From contig CAYWDX010000001.1 of NCBI GenBank assembly GCA_964456235.1, forward strand, positions 267,210-323,180: a DNA stretch of 55,971 nt, read 5' to 3'. Source of the stretch: an uncultured Candidatus Saccharibacteria bacterium (GTDB taxonomy: Bacteria; Patescibacteriota; Minisyncoccia; UBA6257; 2-01-FULL-56-20). Shown in pieces: positions 51,745 to 55,971 of this stretch (positions are counted from its first letter, which is position 1; every line of letters starts with the position of its first letter). The notes beneath the pieces were generated by a model that searched no databases, had not been told where the DNA came from, and saw nothing but the letters and a program-made list of their open reading frames with translations. The translations under genes were made by a program, and so were the position numbers.

Positions 51745-54396
51745 ATGCCAAACTTCCACCGTTTCACGATCAAGGCACAAGAGGCGCTTCAGAATGCACA
51801 GGAGATCGCCGCGAAGAAAAATCATAGCGAGCTCAAGGGGCTGCACCTCCTCGCGGCCCTGATCGCCGACGGGCAGTCGCTCGTCGTGCCGGTTTTGGAG
51901 CGATGTGGCGTGAATGTTGAGAAGCTGAATGAGCATATAGAGCTTGAGCTCGACCGGATTCCGCCCATTTTGGCGAGTTCTACGGTCGGCCAGCTCTATC
52001 TTTCGCAGGAATTGATGAAGGTGCTGGACCAGTCCGCGAAGATTGCGGTCCAGCAAAAAGACGAGTTCGTTTCGTGCGAGCATTTGCTGCTTGCACTTTT
52101 GGATGTCGCCGGGAGCGGCAAAAGCGTGCTCGAAAAATTCGGCGTGAAGCGCGAAACCGCGTTCCGCACGCTCGCACAGCTCCGCGGTTCCACGCGTGTA
52201 ATGGATGAAAATCCTGAAACGAAGTTCCAGGTGCTCGAAAAATATGCGATCAACTTGAGCGATCGGGCAAAGGCAGGGAAGCTTGATCCGGTCATCGGTC
52301 GGGAAGATGAACTGCGCCGTTTGATGCAGGTTCTCTCGCGTCGCACAAAGAATAATCCATGTTTGATTGGGGAGCCGGGCGTGGGAAAGACGGCCATCGT
52401 CGAAGGGCTGGCCCAGCGGATCGCCTCGGGTGATGTTCCTGAACCGCTCAAAGGCAAACAAGTTTTAATGCTCGATCTCGGATCGCTCATCGCCGGAACC
52501 AAATTCCGCGGCGAGTTCGAAGACCGCCTCAAAGCGTTTATGAAAGAAGTGAAGAACGCGTCGGGCCAAATCATTTTGTTCATTGACGAAATCCACACGA
52601 TCGTGGGCGCGGGTGCCGCAGAGGGCGCGATCGACGCATCGAATCTTTTGAAACCGGCGCTCGCGCGCGGCGAACTCCACGCGGTCGGCGCGACCACGTT
52701 CCGCGAATATCAAAAATATATCGAGAAAGACGCCGCGCTCGAGCGCCGGTTTCAGCCCATCATCGTGGAAGAGCCCTCGATCGATGATTCCATCGCCATT
52801 CTGCGCGGCCTCAAAGAAAAATATGAAATTCATCACGGCATGCGCATCAGCGATGAGGCGATCATCGAGGCGGTCAACCTTGCCGCGCGCTATATTACTG
52901 ACCGCTTCCTTCCTGATAAAGCCGTTGATTTGATTGATGAAGCGGCCGCCGCCCGGCGCCTGGAATCCGAAAGTTTGCCGAAGGAAATTGAAAATGTTCG
53001 GCGCGAAATGACCCGTCTTGAAGTAGAGAAGCAGGCTCTCTTGAAAGAGAGCGGTGCGAAGAGCGCCGAACGCCTGAAGGAGATCGACAAGGAAATTTTG
53101 AAACTCAAGGACCAGAATGACGAGCTCTCGAGCAAGTGGCATTCGGAAAAAATTAAATTCGAAACGCTCCATCAGCTCCGCCAGAAAGTGGATAACCTGA
53201 AGCGCGAGGCGGAGGTGGCTGAACGCGAGGGGAATCTGGAGCGCGTTGCGCAAATCATGTATGGCGAGCTGCCGCAATCCGAAAAAGATTTCCAAATATT
53301 TGAGAAGAAAAATTTTGGCGCCGGCGCGAAAACGAAAACGCGCAAGGGAAAGGCGTCGGGCGACCTCTTCTTGAAAGAGGCGGTGGACAAGGAAGACGTC
53401 GCAGCCGTCGTTTCGGTGTGGACCGGTATTCCTTTGAAGCGGATGCTCGAAACTGACATGGAAAAACTCATCAAGATTGAGGAAGTGCTCCGCGGCCGCG
53501 TGGTCGGCCAGAATGAAGCAGTTTCTGCGGTCGCCTCGGCGTTGCGCCGTGCGCGGGCCGGCCTCTCTGACGCGAATCGCCCCATCGGTTCATTCATGTT
53601 CCTCGGGCCAACCGGCGTTGGCAAAACCGAACTTGCGAAAACGCTTGCCGAATTTATGTTCAATGATGAAAAATCGCTCGTCCGCATCGATATGTCTGAA
53701 TATATGGAGCGCCACGCGGTTTCGCGCTTGATCGGTTCGCCGCCGGGCTATGTTGGCCATGATGACGGTGGCCAGCTCACCGAGATCGTCCGCCACCGCC
53801 CCTATAGCTTGATTTTGTTTGACGAAATCGAGAAGGCGCATCCGGAAGTGTTCAATTTGCTCTTGCAGATTCTCGACAATGGGCGCCTGACCGATAGCAA
53901 AGGGAAGACGGTAAATTTCAAAAACAGCATCGTTATCCTCACCTCGAATGTCGGCAGCGAATATTTGAAGGCGATGTCCCGCATTGGGTTCAGCGCGAAA
54001 GCGTCAGAAGCAACTTCCGAAGAGGGTGGATATCGCGACAAGGTCCTTGAAGCGTTGAAGCACAACTTCCGCCCTGAATTTTTGAACCGCATCGACGATA
54101 TCGTCGTTTTCAACCCACTCCACCGCACCGAAATTCAGAAAATTGTCGATATCCAACTCGAGTTGGTTGAGAAGCAGCTCGAAGAGCGGGGAATCAAGCT
54201 TGAAATCGAAACTGCCGCGCGCGAATATCTTACGAAAGAAGGATTTAGCGCAGAGTTCGGCGCCCGTCCCTTGAAGCGCCTTATCCAGAAGGTTATTCTT
54301 GATAAGCTGGCGGATAAGATCATTCGCGGCGAATTCAAGGATGGCGGAAAAGTTAAAGTCAATTTCAAAGCGGATTCATTGGTCTTCACTTCTTAA
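51745..54396 (+). CDS. clpB: ClpB-type AAA+ disaggregase chaperone
   Basis: Clp_N repeats, [23 protein letters not shown], a long coiled-coil middle domain (about 130 aa), [23 protein letters not shown] and [13 protein letters not shown] 51745 is preferred because the upstream in-frame sequence is non-homologous. Confidence 0.93.
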   Translation: MPNFHRFTIKAQEALQNAQEIAAKKNHSELKGLHLLAALIADGQSLVVPVLERCGVNVEKLNEHIELELDRIPPILASSTVGQLYLSQELMKVLDQSAKIAVQQKDEFVSCEHLLLALLDVAGSGKSVLEKFGVKRETAFRTLAQLRGSTRVMDENPETKFQVLEKYAINLSDRAKAGKLDPVIGREDELRRLMQVLSRRTKNNPCLIGEPGVGKTAIVEGLAQRIASGDVPEPLKGKQVLMLDLGSLIAGTKFRGEFEDRLKAFMKEVKNASGQIILFIDEIHTIVGAGAAEGAIDASNLLKPALARGELHAVGATTFREYQKYIEKDAALERRFQPIIVEEPSIDDSIAILRGLKEKYEIHHGMRISDEAIIEAVNLAARYITDRFLPDKAVDLIDEAAAARRLESESLPKEIENVRREMTRLEVEKQALLKESGAKSAERLKEIDKEILKLKDQNDELSSKWHSEKIKFETLHQLRQKVDNLKREAEVAEREGNLERVAQIMYGELPQSEKDFQIFEKKNFGAGAKTKTRKGKASGDLFLKEAVDKEDVAAVVSVWTGIPLKRMLETDMEKLIKIEEVLRGRVVGQNEAVSAVASALRRARAGLSDANRPIGSFMFLGPTGVGKTELAKTLAEFMFNDEKSLVRIDMSEYMERHAVSRLIGSPPGYVGHDDGGQLTEIVRHRPYSLILFDEIEKAHPEVFNLLLQILDNGRLTDSKGKTVNFKNSIVILTSNVGSEYLKAMSRIGFSAKASEATSEEGGYRDKVLEALKHNFRPEFLNRIDDIVVFNPLHRTEIQKIVDIQLELVEKQLEERGIKLEIETAAREYLTKEGFSAEFGARPLKRLIQKVILDKLADKIIRGEFKDGGKVKVNFKADSLVFTS

Positions 54397-55066
54397 GGCT
54401 GCGGTTTTTGCCGGGGCCTGGTTGTTCTCGCCGTTTTGGGTATTCGTCCCGGTCGCGCTTTACCTCTATTTTATTCCGTGGTTTCGGGCCGGGCGGCTTC
54501 TCATGCCGTTCCTTGCCCTTCTTTTACTGACTGGCAACACCTCGTACGGTTTGTTTATGGCGATTGCTTTCGGGGTGTTGTTCTACGGAATCCTTATTGT
54601 TAAGGATCTGCTCATCCTTGATAGGCGTTCTGCACATGAAATTATCCTCTTCGCGATCACGCTGCTTTATGTGCGCCATTTCTATGGCGTTTCAAACATG
54701 GGGGTGACCGGCGCTGCCTTGCTTTCAGCCTTCTTTGCCGGCGGTGTAATCGCCCTCCTTTTCCGGAATTTCGTCGCGACTTCTCTTATTGAAGAAAAGG
54801 GGATAAAGAATTTCGTCCCCCCGGCGCTCCAGCGTTCAACGTTTTGGCTCATCTTCTTCGTCGTCACCCAAATTCTTGTTGCCGGACTTTTTCTGCCCCT
54901 AGATTTTATTTACCAGTCAATCGTCGCTTTTCTTATCATCGTTCCATTGATTGACCTTACGGCAGAATATTTCTTCGGCAGCCTAAACCGAAATAAAATC
55001 CTGGGTCTCATGAGCGTAACGTTCGCCCTCCTCGCCGTGATTTTTACCTCGGTTCACTGGGGATAG
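54341..55066 (+). CDS. hypothetical polytopic membrane protein
   Basis: About seven hydrophobic segments. The start is uncertain: ATG 54341 overlaps clpB by 56 nt, and TTG near 54421 or ATG near 54503 are alternatives. Confidence 0.45.
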   Translation: MAEKLKSISKRIHWSSLLKAAVFAGAWLFSPFWVFVPVALYLYFIPWFRAGRLLMPFLALLLLTGNTSYGLFMAIAFGVLFYGILIVKDLLILDRRSAHEIILFAITLLYVRHFYGVSNMGVTGAALLSAFFAGGVIALLFRNFVATSLIEEKGIKNFVPPALQRSTFWLIFFVVTQILVAGLFLPLDFIYQSIVAFLIIVPLIDLTAEYFFGSLNRNKILGLMSVTFALLAVIFTSVHWG

Positions 55067-55101
55067 GGTCTCGTCGCTGGCTGAACCAGGCAATTTCTCG
55101 C

Positions 55102-55848
55102 TTGCCTTTTTCTCTTTGCCGGACTATGCTTTGCCGAATGAATCAGAACCGGCAGGAATCCGGTAACCGGCAACCGGCTTTAAAGAAAGCTTACGAAATT
55201 AGCTATGCCGTCTTCCGGATAGCTTCTCGAATCGGCAACGTTGCCTTCAAGGAGCACCTTGAACGCCAGGCGCTCTCGCTTTTGGATGCTGCCGCTGTCG
55301 AAAATTATGCCTGGGTGAGTATTGTGTCTCGGGCAATTGAGTATCTGATCAGATTCGGCGCGGATGTTGGTTTTGTTCACGAGACAAATAAAGAAATTAT
55401 CCTTAATGAACTGAATGCCATAGCGGTTGATGTCGCCGGCTCGCTCAAGCCGGGGATGATTGAACCGGTTTCGCTGGGCGATATCTTTTCTGGGCAGGAG
55501 CCACTCTTCAAATCAGTTTCAAAATTTTCTGGAAATCCTGGGAGCCGGCAATCCGCGAAGATCGGCAATGAAGTGGCGCTAAATAATCCGGCAATTGATC
55601 CGGCAAAGGAATCCGGCAATACTTACGCAGTAGATAGTATGCTTGGTCCGGAAACACGGCAATCGGCAATCCTGCAAAAGCTTCGAGAGTCCGGCAATTG
55701 CAGAATGAGAGATCTCCAAAGCATATTGCCGGATTATAGCGAGCGAACCTTGCGGTACGACCTCCAATCCTTGACAGAGAAGAACATTATAGAGAGAATA
55801 GGCAGCGGCGGTCCGGCGGTCTATTATCGAATCCGGCAGGTCGTTTAG
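55102..55848 (+). CDS. DeoR-type winged-helix transcriptional regulator with helical N-terminal domain
   Basis: C-terminal RQSAILQKLRESGNCRMRDLQSILPDYSERTLRYDLQSLTEKNIIERIG is an HTH_DeoR-type pattern. The start may be 55126 or 55138. Confidence 0.6.
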   Translation: MPFSLCRTMLCRMNQNRQESGNRQPALKKAYEISYAVFRIASRIGNVAFKEHLERQALSLLDAAAVENYAWVSIVSRAIEYLIRFGADVGFVHETNKEIILNELNAIAVDVAGSLKPGMIEPVSLGDIFSGQEPLFKSVSKFSGNPGSRQSAKIGNEVALNNPAIDPAKESGNTYAVDSMLGPETRQSAILQKLRESGNCRMRDLQSILPDYSERTLRYDLQSLTEKNIIERIGSGGPAVYYRIRQVV

Positions 55849-55971
55849 CCTGTTATCCTAGATGGATAAGCGGGTCGCCTAATCCACAGAAAAGGTAACC
55901 TTTTTCTGGAAGTTCTCGTTATACTATCCGTATGGTCTTGCGTGAGGCTGGACCTTATGACTAGCTACGAT

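Noticed and set aside
51676-53295. Two long minus-strand ORFs (261 and 276 aa) inside clpB
   Set aside because: They are antisense to canonical ClpB motifs.
55849-55971. Hairpin (CAGAAAAGG-taa-CCTTTTTCTG) and possible start of an RNA gene at the window edge
   Set aside because: The hairpin is probably the terminator of the regulator gene. The remaining 60 nt or so are too short and too truncated to assign.

Overview
The window is a densely packed bacterial chromosome segment. It reads like a small-genome, uncultivated Patescibacteria/CPR-type organism, which is an inference from gene content and style and was not searched. Most of it is housekeeping.

**Housekeeping content**
- Translation: the infC-rpmI-rplT operon, argS, ileS, trpS, an S1 protein, rpsO, tmRNA plus smpB, and five tRNAs with no encoded CCA.
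- DNA metabolism: gyrA, recA, ftsK, PolX, a family-4 UDG and a Xer recombinase.
- RNA decay: pnp, a NYN nuclease and a beta-CASP nuclease.
- Proteostasis: clpB and a divergent membrane-anchored Clp-like ATPase.

**Features that stand out**
1. IleRS carries an apparently intact histidine-phosphatase domain (about 195 aa) inserted in its catalytic body.
2. A 660-aa protein fuses a class II terpene-cyclase-like barrel (DLDDT) to a prenyl-diphosphate-synthase-like domain with two DDxxD motifs. Its start overlaps an orphan histidine kinase.
3. A co-directional block (32.8-36.2 kb) follows gyrA and a lone solute-binding protein. It encodes six paralogous small two-TM proteins of VirB2/TrbC-pilin type with a GNPE loop. 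One is fused to a Cys-rich lytic-transglycosylase-like domain. No secretion ATPase is visible in the window.
4. A two-gene membrane operon with different codon usage sits next to tRNA-Leu.
5. An identical 18-nt motif forms the apical loop of long hairpins next to two different tRNA genes.

**Limits**
- No CRISPR array, rRNA or clear mobile element was seen.
- All family assignments come from motif recognition by eye. No database search was run.
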